The translations under genes and the position numbers were made by a program. A stretch of DNA of 64,000 nt from the IMG/VR virus record IMGVR_UViG_3300029983_000007, positions 248,001 to 312,000 of that record; one strand, written 5' to 3'. The notes beneath the pieces were generated by a model that saw only the letters and a program-made list of their open reading frames with translations, searched no databases and had not been told where the DNA came from. Below, piece by piece: positions 55,998 through 64,000 of the stretch (within the stretch, counting starts at the first letter, position 1; every line of letters begins with the position of its first letter).

Positions 55998-56362
55998 AAT
56001 ACTTGAAAAAATTTGAAGATAATATAAATGAGCCTGAAGTTGGAGATTATGTATCTATAATAGGTAAAAAATTTATTAATCATTTAAGAAGATACTATGA
56101 TGATAAAGATATTGTTAATTTGAAAAAATATCTTCTTAATTTTCCTGGAAAAATTCATAGTACCTTTAATGATAAAAGAATAGGTGTGACATATGGTTTT
56201 GATGTTCCAGAAGATGTAAAAAAATTTTTACAATATGATAAACCTTATGGAGGTTACAATAAAATATTTAATTATGAAGATATAAATGCATTTGGAAAAA
56301 CAATAGAAGAATTAAAATATAAAATAGAACTTAAAAATAACATTAACAAATTTAATATATGA
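55994..56362 (+). CDS. dual-tagged SH3/KOW-like protein
   Basis: PEVGDYV; INKFNI. Confidence 0.85.
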   Translation: MKYLKKFEDNINEPEVGDYVSIIGKKFINHLRRYYDDKDIVNLKKYLLNFPGKIHSTFNDKRIGVTYGFDVPEDVKKFLQYDKPYGGYNKIFNYEDINAFGKTIEELKYKIELKNNINKFNI

Positions 56363-56670
56363 AATACATAAAATCATTCAAAAATAAAAATTTAGAATAT
56401 GAGGTAGGAGATTGTGTTAAAATAAAAATAATTCCTGATTATGTAAGTCATATAGAAAGAATTGAAGATAATTTATTTGTAAAAATAATAGAAATGAATT
56501 TTTTGACGAATCATAATAATAGTGATATTGATAATATATTTATTGTGTTTGAAACATTAATCACTAAACAAAAAATATCTGGTAATATATATTTCATTTC
56601 TAAAAAAATGACTGAATCAGAAATAGATTATTGTAAGATTAAATCAGAAACAAATAAATTCAACTTATGA
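56359..56670 (+). CDS. dual-tagged SH3/KOW-like protein
   Basis: EVGDCVK; TNKFNL. Confidence 0.85.
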   Translation: MKYIKSFKNKNLEYEVGDCVKIKIIPDYVSHIERIEDNLFVKIIEMNFLTNHNNSDIDNIFIVFETLITKQKISGNIYFISKKMTESEIDYCKIKSETNKFNL

Positions 56671-56960
56671 AATACTTAAAAAAATTTGAAGATATTGAAA
56701 ATACTCCAGAAATTGGTGATTACATTATTCCAAATGTAGAAACATTGAATCATCTTATTGACAATAAAATTAATAATCATGTATATCAAATAATAGGAAC
56801 AAAAGAAAGAAATATGGGTGGTTTTTTATATATCATTAAAGTAAAATTGAATGATAATCAATTAGATGACTGGTATTTATCCAATTATGAAATAATGCAT
56901 TTATCAAAAAACAAAGAAGATTTAGAAGTATTATTACAATCAAATAAATTTAACATATGA
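56667..56960 (+). CDS. dual-tagged SH3/KOW-like protein
   Basis: PEIGDYII; SNKFNI. Confidence 0.85.
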   Translation: MKYLKKFEDIENTPEIGDYIIPNVETLNHLIDNKINNHVYQIIGTKERNMGGFLYIIKVKLNDNQLDDWYLSNYEIMHLSKNKEDLEVLLQSNKFNI

Positions 56961-57238
56961 AATATATAAAAACATTTGAAAGAATTAATTATTATATACC
57001 AGAAAAAGGTGATTATGTTATTTGTGGTGGTAATAATACATGGGATAGTAAATTCGCAAAATTTATATCAAACAACATTGGAGTATTAATAAATCATTTA
57101 CCTAATCAATATAGAATAGATTATGATTATATTGATCCATATTCAATATATTTAACAAATAGAAAAGATATATTATATTGGTCAAGTGATAAGAAAGAAT
57201 TAGAAGAAATTCTACAAGCAAACAAATTTAATTTATGA
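56957..57238 (+). CDS. dual-tagged SH3/KOW-like protein
   Basis: EKGDYVIC; ANKFNL. Confidence 0.85.
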   Translation: MKYIKTFERINYYIPEKGDYVICGGNNTWDSKFAKFISNNIGVLINHLPNQYRIDYDYIDPYSIYLTNRKDILYWSSDKKELEEILQANKFNL

Positions 57239-57546
57239 AACACATTAAAACATTTGAAAATAATTATGAATATGCAGAAGTTGGAGATTATGTTATTATT
57301 AATGTGAATAATCTAAAATTCAGCAATGATAATATAGGTAATATTTACAAGAAAATGTTAACTGATAATGTATATAAAATAATTGACAGTAAAATAGTAT
57401 CAGGAAACAGACAAATATATCTAATTGATTTATATGACGATGAACATATTAACGGATATTATATTGATAGTAAGAATGTATTAGCATTTGATAAAGATAA
57501 AGAATTTGTTAAATGTAAAAATGATATAAACAAATATAATTTATAA
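57235..57546 (+). CDS. dual-tagged SH3/KOW-like protein
   Basis: EVGDYVII; INKYNL. Confidence 0.85.
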   Translation: MKHIKTFENNYEYAEVGDYVIINVNNLKFSNDNIGNIYKKMLTDNVYKIIDSKIVSGNRQIYLIDLYDDEHINGYYIDSKNVLAFDKDKEFVKCKNDINKYNL

Positions 57547-57876
57547 AATATTTAATTTTTCTAACTTCCTCTTTCTTTGAATTGATTTATAATCAAAATG
57601 CTCAATTATTTCTTCTTCAGTTAATAAGGCTAAATTACAATTACGATTAGAATAAATATATATTTCTGATTCTACTGTATAACATTTATATTCAAGGCAA
57701 TAATGTGCATATTTATATTTATTACCTTTTATAAATGTGTGATTTTGAAAACCTAAATCATATTTTGTCCAATCATCTAATGATATTAGAATATCTCCTA
57801 CACTTAAATCAAGCTTATTCATATCTATTAATTTTATATCAAACAAAGATACAAAATATTTTTGGTTAAATAACAT
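57541..57876 (-). CDS. hypothetical protein with RKxKL tail
   Basis: Ends IQRKRKLEKLNIL; real start may be MNKLDL. Confidence 0.7.
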   Translation of the reverse strand: MLFNQKYFVSLFDIKLIDMNKLDLSVGDILISLDDWTKYDLGFQNHTFIKGNKYKYAHYCLEYKCYTVESEIYIYSNRNCNLALLTEEEIIEHFDYKSIQRKRKLEKLNIL

Positions 57877-57922
57877 TTTAATAATAAACTTTCATATAAT
57901 TTTTGATACAATAAAATAAACT

Positions 57923-58816
57923 ATGAAAGAATTAGAATTAAAAAAATTAGTACATTCAACTATAGACAACACTATCAAGTATATTTTTTATACTGAAGAT
58001 AAATTGATAGTTGAATTTTCTTATATCAATAAGAATGATGGTAAAAATATTATTTGCTGTCCAGTTTCAACATTTTGTAATATAGGCTGCAAATTTTGTC
58101 ACACAGCAGAATATATTGGTAAAATTAAAAATAGAAACCTAACATCATTAGAGATTTCAAATGGAGTTGATTATATTTATAATGATTTGAAACTATCTGA
58201 AAACCCAAAAACTTTATTGATAAGCTCCATGGGTATTGGTGAAATTGTAACCAATGTTGATGAAGTTGTAGAATCAATGATAAATATTCAAAATACTTAT
58301 CTTAAAGATATATATGTTAGATTTGCATTTGCAACATCTTTACCTGAATCTCACAAAATCGAGTTTTTCAAATTGACAAATAAAATTGCAGAGAATAATT
58401 TACCTGTTAAGTTGCATCTATCATTACATTATACAACAGATGAATTAAGAAGTCAATGGATGCCAATGTCAATGAAAATTGAACCAACTATTGCAGCAGT
58501 TGATTACTATAAAGCAACTACAGGAAATGATGTTGAAATACATTATGCACTAATAGAGAATGTTAATGATAAATCAGAAGATGCTATGAGATTAAGCAAT
58601 CTTATTAAAGGTAAAGGTTATAATGTTAAATTTTTATTCTATAACAAGAAAGATAATATAGACGCTGAACCATCTAACATTTCTAAAATTAGAAACTTTG
58701 TTGATATATTTAGTCTTGTAGGAATAAAACATGAATACTATGTACCTCCTGGACTCACAATTGGAGCATCTTGTGGTCAACTATCTATAAATGAGTATAT
58801 TAAAATAAAAAAATAA
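57923..58816 (+). CDS. RlmN/Cfr-family radical SAM RNA methyltransferase
   Basis: CxxxCxxC (CNIGCKFC) with upstream Cys 7 residues earlier, MGIGE, LHLSLH, C-terminal ASCGQL. Confidence 0.9.
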   Translation: MKELELKKLVHSTIDNTIKYIFYTEDKLIVEFSYINKNDGKNIICCPVSTFCNIGCKFCHTAEYIGKIKNRNLTSLEISNGVDYIYNDLKLSENPKTLLISSMGIGEIVTNVDEVVESMINIQNTYLKDIYVRFAFATSLPESHKIEFFKLTNKIAENNLPVKLHLSLHYTTDELRSQWMPMSMKIEPTIAAVDYYKATTGNDVEIHYALIENVNDKSEDAMRLSNLIKGKGYNVKFLFYNKKDNIDAEPSNISKIRNFVDIFSLVGIKHEYYVPPGLTIGASCGQLSINEYIKIKK

Positions 58817-58834
58817 TAATTAAATAATAATTAA

Positions 58835-60295
58835 ATGAATAATAGAAACTTCATATTACATATAAAAGAAGATAAATACAAAAAATTATTAATTGATTAT
58901 ATTTTTAAATATCGTCAATTCGAAAACTTATATCTTATAATATTAAAAGAGAATAAGGATGATTTTAATTTTTTATCTAATTATAAAGTAATGAGAGCTA
59001 TTCTTGCGGAAACTACTGGAGGTAAAGATAAAAATGAAGTTGATTTTATTAGATATAAATATAAAGAAAATGATAAAATGAATGAATTAATTATTTTATC
59101 AAAAAGTCTTAAAATACATAATATTTCAGATTTGATTAAAAGAGTAAAATCAAATTATAAATCTTTTTTCACTAAAATAAGAAATAAAGTTAAAGCCAAC
59201 GTTCCATGTACAAAAAAGTTATCACTATTGACTAAATATTCCATTCTAGTTGATAAAATTGCATTTTCAATAAAGAAAAAGGATAAAATTGGAATCAACT
59301 TGAGTAATAAAATGTTTTATATTGATTTTAAGCATAAAATATTACCAGATAATATACAAAGTCTTAAAGTCGTTTACTCAAATAAAGAAGTTTATTTACA
59401 TTTTAATTACTTGACTGAAGATATATTAAACACAAATAATTCATTAATAAAAGAAGCAGGAATAGATGTAGGTATTAATAATTTATTAGCTATATTTATT
59501 GATGATAAAACATCTAAATCAATAATTGTTGACGGAAATATTTTTAAAACTTATAATTCAAAATTCAACAGGTTCTTGTCTAAACTTAATGAATCAATTT
59601 CTAAAGAAGTCATAGAATTTAAACTCAGTAATACTGGTACTAAATATGCAGTTAAGTGGACTAAAAGAGGAATAGAATTACGTAAATATAAGACATTTAT
59701 TTATGAAAAAAGAAATCGTTATTTTTATGATCAATTTCATAAAGTTAGTAAACGTGTGGTTGAATTATTGAAATTAAATTCTGTAAACAATCTAACAATT
59801 TCATACAATCTAGCTAGATTAAAATATAATGGTGATTGTAAATTAAATAAAAAAGTAAAACAAAATTTCATACAAATTCCTTTCATAAAACTACTAAATT
59901 ACATTCAATATAAAAGTAATGAAGTTGGAATTCAAGTAGATATAATTGATGAATCTTACACATCAAAGTGCTCATGTATTAGTGATAATGTGAATGATCC
60001 GTTAGATAAAGAACTAAATGGTGTTCGTTCTAAAAGAGATTTATTTACTGATAAACTAATAAATAAAACAATGAATGCTGATTTGAACGGTGCTGTCAAT
60101 CATATAAAAAAATCAAACAAAAATAATAATTTTTCTTGGTTGGAAAATTATATGTTTAAACTGTGTAATCCAGTTAAAATTAAATGCGACTACGATTTCT
60201 TTAAATATTTAAAGAATAGTGTGCTCTGGCAAGGAATTTCATCAAAAGAAGTTCAAACGTCACTTCATGTACAAAATTGTACAAGTTTAAGTTGA
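58835..60295 (+). CDS. tnpB: TnpB-like RNA-guided endonuclease (IS200/IS605 family)
   Basis: RuvC motifs AGIDVGINNL, DESYTSK, NADLNGA; no tnpA nearby. Confidence 0.88.
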   Translation: MNNRNFILHIKEDKYKKLLIDYIFKYRQFENLYLIILKENKDDFNFLSNYKVMRAILAETTGGKDKNEVDFIRYKYKENDKMNELIILSKSLKIHNISDLIKRVKSNYKSFFTKIRNKVKANVPCTKKLSLLTKYSILVDKIAFSIKKKDKIGINLSNKMFYIDFKHKILPDNIQSLKVVYSNKEVYLHFNYLTEDILNTNNSLIKEAGIDVGINNLLAIFIDDKTSKSIIVDGNIFKTYNSKFNRFLSKLNESISKEVIEFKLSNTGTKYAVKWTKRGIELRKYKTFIYEKRNRYFYDQFHKVSKRVVELLKLNSVNNLTISYNLARLKYNGDCKLNKKVKQNFIQIPFIKLLNYIQYKSNEVGIQVDIIDESYTSKCSCISDNVNDPLDKELNGVRSKRDLFTDKLINKTMNADLNGAVNHIKKSNKNNNFSWLENYMFKLCNPVKIKCDYDFFKYLKNSVLWQGISSKEVQTSLHVQNCTSLS

Positions 60296-60420
60296 CGAAT
60301 TTGATTACTGCTGTATATGTTAAGTAATTTTAATAAAATTAAAGATGATGAATTTCATGAATTAAGAAGACAATATATTGAAAAGTTCAAAATTATTAGA
60401 AGATTATATAAATAATAAAT

Positions 60421-60636
60421 GTGATGGAAAAATTTAAAATTGGAGATAATGTAATTAAAAATAAAGAAATCTGGATAAGTAATGATTTTGATGGTTGGGG
60501 TAGAGGAATTGGAATTGGTATTGTTATGGAACCTCCATTTGAGATGAATGACAATGAAGTTGATATTAGATGGAACGGTGGTAGATGTTTTGAATTTACA
60601 GAAGAATTAATAAATATTAGTATAGAAAATGAATGA
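60421..60636 (+). CDS. small SH3/KOW-like protein
   Basis: FKIGDNV...GIGIV...VDIRW. Confidence 0.7.
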   Translation: MMEKFKIGDNVIKNKEIWISNDFDGWGRGIGIGIVMEPPFEMNDNEVDIRWNGGRCFEFTEELINISIENE

Positions 60637-60663
60637 GTAATCACGCATTAAGTATAAAAAAAC

Positions 60664-60698
60664 AAAAGATTGAATGAGTAATCATTCAATCTTTTTTT
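60664..60698. terminator. bidirectional intrinsic terminator
   Basis: aaaagattgaatga-gtaa-tcattcaatctttt. Confidence 0.8.
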
Positions 60699-60952
60699 AT
60701 AAATTATTACAGGTATTTATTTATAAAATGGCATACTTCAGTTCTTTTTTGGATCCCTCTGTAACTTAGACCTATTAATTTTTTTAGTCCTGCGACGAAC
60801 TTGCTATCGTTTTTCAATGGCATCGTAGTTCCACTTCGTCTTACAAATATAATATCATAAAATCACCAAGACAGTATGGTATCGCTTGTTGTAATTTCAA
60901 CAAAATGAATAACATAACTTTACAATAATAATACTTTAATAATTTATATTTA

Positions 60953-61333
60953 TTAATTAAAGCTAAAGTTAAAAAATAAAAAATTTAAAATATCATCACA
61001 TTTCCTTATAGAATTAATGAACTCTAATCTATTTTGATATAATGCTTCTAAACCAATTGAAATACCATCAAACTCTTCTAATTTATACTTAGTCCTTGGT
61101 ACATTAAAATAATCATAACCACCAAAAATTTTATGAGTTATCATAGATATATTAGCAAGACAAAAGTGTGTTCTCAAATCAGGTTGTAAGTAAGTATTGT
61201 TAATCTCACTCACTTCCTTTAATGCATATTCTATAAGCTTCCTTTCAACAATATTACGAACAATACCATTAAACTCTATTTGGTGAGTATCAATTGTTAA
61301 TTCTTCTTCTGGTGGATAAACTGCTACTGACAT
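60953..61333 (-). CDS. hypothetical protein
   Basis: Under TATCTTTG box at 61372-61379. Confidence 0.75.
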   Translation of the reverse strand: MSVAVYPPEEELTIDTHQIEFNGIVRNIVERKLIEYALKEVSEINNTYLQPDLRTHFCLANISMITHKIFGGYDYFNVPRTKYKLEEFDGISIGLEALYQNRLEFINSIRKCDDILNFLFFNFSFN

Positions 61334-61426
61334 AATTATAGTGTTTTTTAATTGTTTGACTTAATTGAATACAAAGATACCACATATAATTAATATATGT
61401 GGTATCTTAAAAGTTAAATAATATTA

Positions 61427-61828
61427 TTAATAACTAATATGTATTAAAACGCTATTTCTTACTATGGCTTTTTTAAGAATATCTATAAATTCTGCATGTT
61501 CTTCATCAGTCCAATGCTTATTTTCTTTCATTAAACTTTTTATGTTTATAATATCGCTCTCTTTCATATTTACAATACAATCATTGAGTTCATTATTTTT
61601 ATAGAAAGATTCTTTATCATCTTTTATAATTCCATACTCTCCAATCAAATAAGATAGAAGAACCCAATTATTTCTAAGATAGTAAATCTCTGTTACTAAT
61701 TTCTCAAAGTCTTCAAATATGATTGAATCTTTTTTTTGTTCATCACTATATTCTACATCTTCATATATAACTGGAGTAACTTCCTTATATGAATCCTTTG
61801 TTTTATAAAATGTTATATCAAGTCCCAT
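61427..61828 (-). CDS. phage hypothetical protein (MGLD-start family)
   Basis: MGLDITF...EIYYLRNNW. Confidence 0.75.
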   Translation of the reverse strand: MGLDITFYKTKDSYKEVTPVIYEDVEYSDEQKKDSIIFEDFEKLVTEIYYLRNNWVLLSYLIGEYGIIKDDKESFYKNNELNDCIVNMKESDIINIKSLMKENKHWTDEEHAEFIDILKKAIVRNSVLIHISY

Positions 61829-61830
61829 AA

Positions 61831-62124
61831 TTATGTTGTTTTTTCTTTGTGTCTAATCATCAATCCAGTACCACTTGGAGAATTTAAGCAATAATATATT
61901 TCCAGATTATGAGTAACTAAATATCTAATTAATCCATTATATTCTTCTGCTGATACTTCTTTTGATTTTTGTGCTCTCAATTCTGTACCATCAATAAATC
62001 CTTTTGAATACCCTAACTTTCTACCATTCTCAAATGATTCAGTATCATTTTTGTATTTTAAAAGAGTAATTTTAATTCTCATCTCGCATATCATATTAAA
62101 GATATAATCAAAAAATTTTTTCAT
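61831..62124 (-). CDS. hypothetical protein
   Basis: 97 aa. Confidence 0.7.
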   Translation of the reverse strand: MKKFFDYIFNMICEMRIKITLLKYKNDTESFENGRKLGYSKGFIDGTELRAQKSKEVSAEEYNGLIRYLVTHNLEIYYCLNSPSGTGLMIRHKEKTT

Positions 62125-62332
62125 TTGATATTTTATTTAATTTACGTTTTCTATATTCTGATAATGTTATAAATTCATGATATTCAGTTATAAAAACAAC
62201 ATCTTTAAATTCAAGAAATTCAAAAGCAGTTTCATTATTACCAATACAAATAATATGTAATGGTTTAAAAAGTGGAAAATCATTATTCATAACTTTATTA
62301 TTAGTACAAATTACTATATCACCTATTTTCAT
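62108..62332 (-). CDS. SH3/KOW-like protein with RKxKL tail
   Basis: Start reassigned to MKIGDIVIC; EYRKRKLNKI. Confidence 0.72.
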   Translation of the reverse strand: MKIGDIVICTNNKVMNNDFPLFKPLHIICIGNNETAFEFLEFKDVVFITEYHEFITLSEYRKRKLNKISNEKIF

Positions 62333-62508
62333 AATCCTATTGTCCAATCAATTGGTCCTTCTTCAATATAAACACTTTCATACTTTGTTTGAAGTTCATC
62401 AAAAATGCTACTAATTAGTTCATATTCAGAAACTGTTAAATATCTCTCAATTCTCATATTATCTGTTCCAGATATTTCAAGATTATATAATTTTTTTTCG
62501 GTTTCCAT
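62329..62508 (-). CDS. small hypothetical protein (not in ORF track)
   Basis: METEKKLYNLEISG...GPIDWTIGL*; TAATG and ATGA overlaps on its two sides. Confidence 0.6.
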   Translation of the reverse strand: METEKKLYNLEISGTDNMRIERYLTVSEYELISSIFDELQTKYESVYIEEGPIDWTIGL

Positions 62509-62828
62509 TATATTTTTGGTTTTAAATTTTTAACTTTTTTTCTTCTTAAATATTTTTCAATAACATCAACACCAATTGTATCTAAAAATTTATCATCAAT
62601 TAAAGCCTTAGGATTCATATAGTATTCCCATCCGTCAGCCCACTCATGTAAATTAAAGTCATGATGAAGATCCATAAAAATTTTACTTTTAGTAAATATA
62701 ACATAGATTCTATTATTAAGTATTCCTAAAAATATCATTTCTTCTCCTAAATAAGAACCATCATCTCCATGTGATCTTTCTGTTCTAACTATGCTATCTC
62801 CTTTTTTGAATTTTAAAATTGAACTCAT
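62508..62828 (-). CDS. SH3/KOW-like protein with RRKK tail
   Basis: FKKGDSIV; YLRRKKVKNL. Confidence 0.72.
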   Translation of the reverse strand: MSSILKFKKGDSIVRTERSHGDDGSYLGEEMIFLGILNNRIYVIFTKSKIFMDLHHDFNLHEWADGWEYYMNPKALIDDKFLDTIGVDVIEKYLRRKKVKNLKPKI

Positions 62829-62836
62829 TTATTTGT

Positions 62837-63328
62837 TTAAAATTTTGTTGTCCATTTTGGATTAGGTAAATAATTAACCTCTTCATATTTTTTTAATAGT
62901 TTATAAAGTGGTTCCCAATCTGAATCTGGAAAAAACGCTGCCTTATCATCCAGGATCACGTTGAAATACATCTTCTTATCATAGAATCCGAAATTTCCAT
63001 TATTAGATGATATGTTTGGATTTTCATTTATATTATCAAAATGTATAAAATTATTATCAAACTCTTTTATATAATTACTAATTTCATTTTGATATGATGA
63101 TGTCCACATTATTATATGAATATCATTTCTATTAGTTAATATTTGAAGTACTTCTTTTGCGAAAGGATAGAACTCAATAGTTTTATCATTCAAGTTATAA
63201 CTTGGTTTAATTACAGTTGAATGCAAATCTATAACCCAATAAGTTGTATACCATTCTTTTTTAAAAGAATTGGTAAACACCTTATCAATGTATTTAGTCA
63301 TGGATGTCGTTAATAATTCTTCAAACAT
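62837..63328 (-). CDS. HAD-superfamily-like protein with atypical motif I
   Basis: VIDLHSTV, MWTS, FDNINENP, VILDDKA. Confidence 0.7.
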   Translation of the reverse strand: MFEELLTTSMTKYIDKVFTNSFKKEWYTTYWVIDLHSTVIKPSYNLNDKTIEFYPFAKEVLQILTNRNDIHIIMWTSSYQNEISNYIKEFDNNFIHFDNINENPNISSNNGNFGFYDKKMYFNVILDDKAAFFPDSDWEPLYKLLKKYEEVNYLPNPKWTTKF

Positions 63329-63331
63329 ATT

Positions 63332-63640
63332 TTACTTATTATCTATATCAAATTCCTTTTTCAACTCAAGATATCGTTCTAATCTATTTTGTTTCAACCT
63401 TTCGTCTGTTTTCACCTTTTCAATCATTCTTTGATTATATTGCTCATCAGTTTCTTCTATCATTCTACTAATTTCGACATCGAAATATCCATCATGTTCA
63501 TATTTTGTTGTACACTCAGGTTCTATATATTCACAAATGATTATATCATCATCCTGAAATTGTATATGTTTCAATTCTTTCCAAGTAATATTATTATCAG
63601 AAGTTTTAGAAAAAATTATTTTTTTAATTTTCTTTTTCAT
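63332..63640 (-). CDS. hypothetical protein
   Basis: ETDEQY...ERYLELKKEF. Confidence 0.72.
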   Translation of the reverse strand: MKKKIKKIIFSKTSDNNITWKELKHIQFQDDDIIICEYIEPECTTKYEHDGYFDVEISRMIEETDEQYNQRMIEKVKTDERLKQNRLERYLELKKEFDIDNK

Positions 63641-63644
63641 ATTA

Positions 63645-64000
63645 TTAGTCGAATGGTTCTATAATTTTCTTAATATATTTAACTGGTATATCAACTTCAC
63701 AACACAAATGATTTCTATTAGATGACATATCTTGGTTTGAGAAGTTATCATCATAAAAAGTTATACCATCTTTAATTAATTCTTGTGTATCAAGTGCAAC
63801 TATAAATGAATCATCATAATACCTAAACATATCGCCAGTTGTATGTTTAATAGGATACGAAAAGAACAACATTCCTGTATCAACAATTGATTTGTGTTGT
63901 GGTTGGTTAATTTTTAGTCCTTCTTTTTCAATATTTTCTATTCTATCTTCAGTAGTTACATGGTATAAAACATCATATTTGCTAATATCATGCTGATTAA
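63645..64000 (-). CDS. putative ADP-ribosyltransferase-fold protein, 5'-truncated by window edge
   Basis: Frame is open to the edge: LYHVTTEDRIENIEKEGLK...LFFS...IVALDT...IPVKYI. Confidence 0.62.
   Translation of the reverse strand, partial: NQHDISKYDVLYHVTTEDRIENIEKEGLKINQPQHKSIVDTGMLFFSYPIKHTTGDMFRYYDDSFIVALDTQELIKDGITFYDDNFSNQDMSSNRNHLCCEVDIPVKYIKKIIEPFD

Noticed and set aside
272-57546. Integron cassette array
   Set aside because: No attC sites or intergenic spacers (genes overlap by ATGA) and no intI in the window.
272-57546. Diversity-generating retroelement
   Set aside because: No reverse transcriptase and no template/variable repeat pair differing only at adenines.
272-57546. KFN[IL] tail is only a by-product of a translation-initiation sequence for the next gene
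   Set aside because: Tail is kept on last genes and where the next ATG is several bases away, and varies synonymously; it cannot be fully excluded as a contributing factor.
701-63664. Antisense or out-of-frame ORFs in the track (e.g. 701, 1573, 1761, 6455, 8737, 8924, 9529, 10523, 12463, 17656, 21460, 21775, 24754, 25548, 26602, 26830, 30090, 36417, 40551, 41854, 42786, 43097, 45732, 46676, 49920, 53642, 60396, 63389)
   Set aside because: They lie wholly or largely within better-supported genes and show shadow-frame composition.
1-64000. Stop-codon reassignment
   Set aside because: Long enzymes are intact under the standard bacterial code; TGA and TAA both end genes at the conserved tail; the only clear read-through case in a recognisable gene is a single TAA.

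Overview
Very AT-rich, densely coding segment that looks like the accessory region of a large (jumbo-type) dsDNA phage of a Bacteroidota host. Support: many Bacteroidota sigma-A type promoters (TTTG-N18-20-TAnnTTTG), no Shine-Dalgarno motifs, bidirectional intrinsic terminators, ATGA gene overlaps, and phage-type auxiliary genes (gmhA, PARG, PNKP-like kinase-phosphatase, CCA-enzyme halves, PPK2, RlmN-like, Csp, GIY-YIG, TnpB). No structural, replication or integrase genes are in the window. Two features dominate. (1) About 58 short ORFs in about 10 head-to-tail arrays all end in (N/K)K[FY]N[ILV]-stop, and most begin MK[YH][IL]K[KT][FY]E. Their unrelated middles are SH3/KOW-like, ankyrin, LRR or unknown folds. 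The leader resembles the T4 internal-protein capsid-targeting sequence. (2) A 3.8-kb region with no credible long ORFs (32.5-36.3 kb) is laid out as a minus-strand RNA island. It holds six tandem host-type promoters, about 9 copies of a 66-nt element with covariation for a closing stem, a hairpin and an H-type pseudoknot, a tRNA-like element, a ~980-nt GOLLD-like giant RNA, and a degenerate duplicate of that RNA's 3' end. All functional calls come from manual motif recognition; no database searches were run.
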